A DNA stretch of 64,000 nucleotides from assembly GCA_964016885.1 (NCBI GenBank), contig OZ024742.1:280984001-281048000 (forward strand), in the 5' to 3' direction. Each line of letters opens with the position of its first letter. The stretch's first letter is position 1. A program made the position numbers and the translations under genes. Below are positions 63,900 through 64,000 of the stretch, piece by piece. The stretch is from Eledone cirrhosa. Its lineage: Eukaryota. A model generated the notes under the pieces. It was not told where the DNA came from and ran no database searches. It saw only the letters and a list, made by a program, of their open reading frames with translations.

Positions 63900-64000
63900 G
63901 TTCTGTTTACATGCCCACCCCACAAGAGCAAGAATAACGGTGTTAAAGAGGCTATTGGCATAATTGCAACCGAAAAGAAATATTATCCTTTATATTCGAA

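Overview
AT-rich, microsatellite-rich animal DNA with no host protein-coding gene that I can support. The SINE families resemble those I recall from Octopus (inference only). The main structure is a tRNA-His(GTG) gene cluster undergoing birth and death: about 28 recognisable copies or relics, of which about 5 are intact or nearly intact. Most lie in a ~1.2-1.6 kb amplified unit (6.6-35.3 kb) that is repeatedly inverted and carries an old antisense SINE upstream of each tRNA. Mobile elements on top of this: three Tx1-clade LINE copies (one near-intact, one inserted in a (TATC)n tract, one old copy hosting a 4-SINE stack), a CRE-like RT fragment fused 7 bp upstream of a tRNA-His at an orientation switch, a non-autonomous Helitron, MITEs, RTE fragments (one with a twin-priming-like 5' inversion), a bipartite RTE derivative, and Penelope-like elements. 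There are also at least six hammerhead-ribozyme-like motifs from several families. All calls are by eye; no alignment, search or folding program was run.
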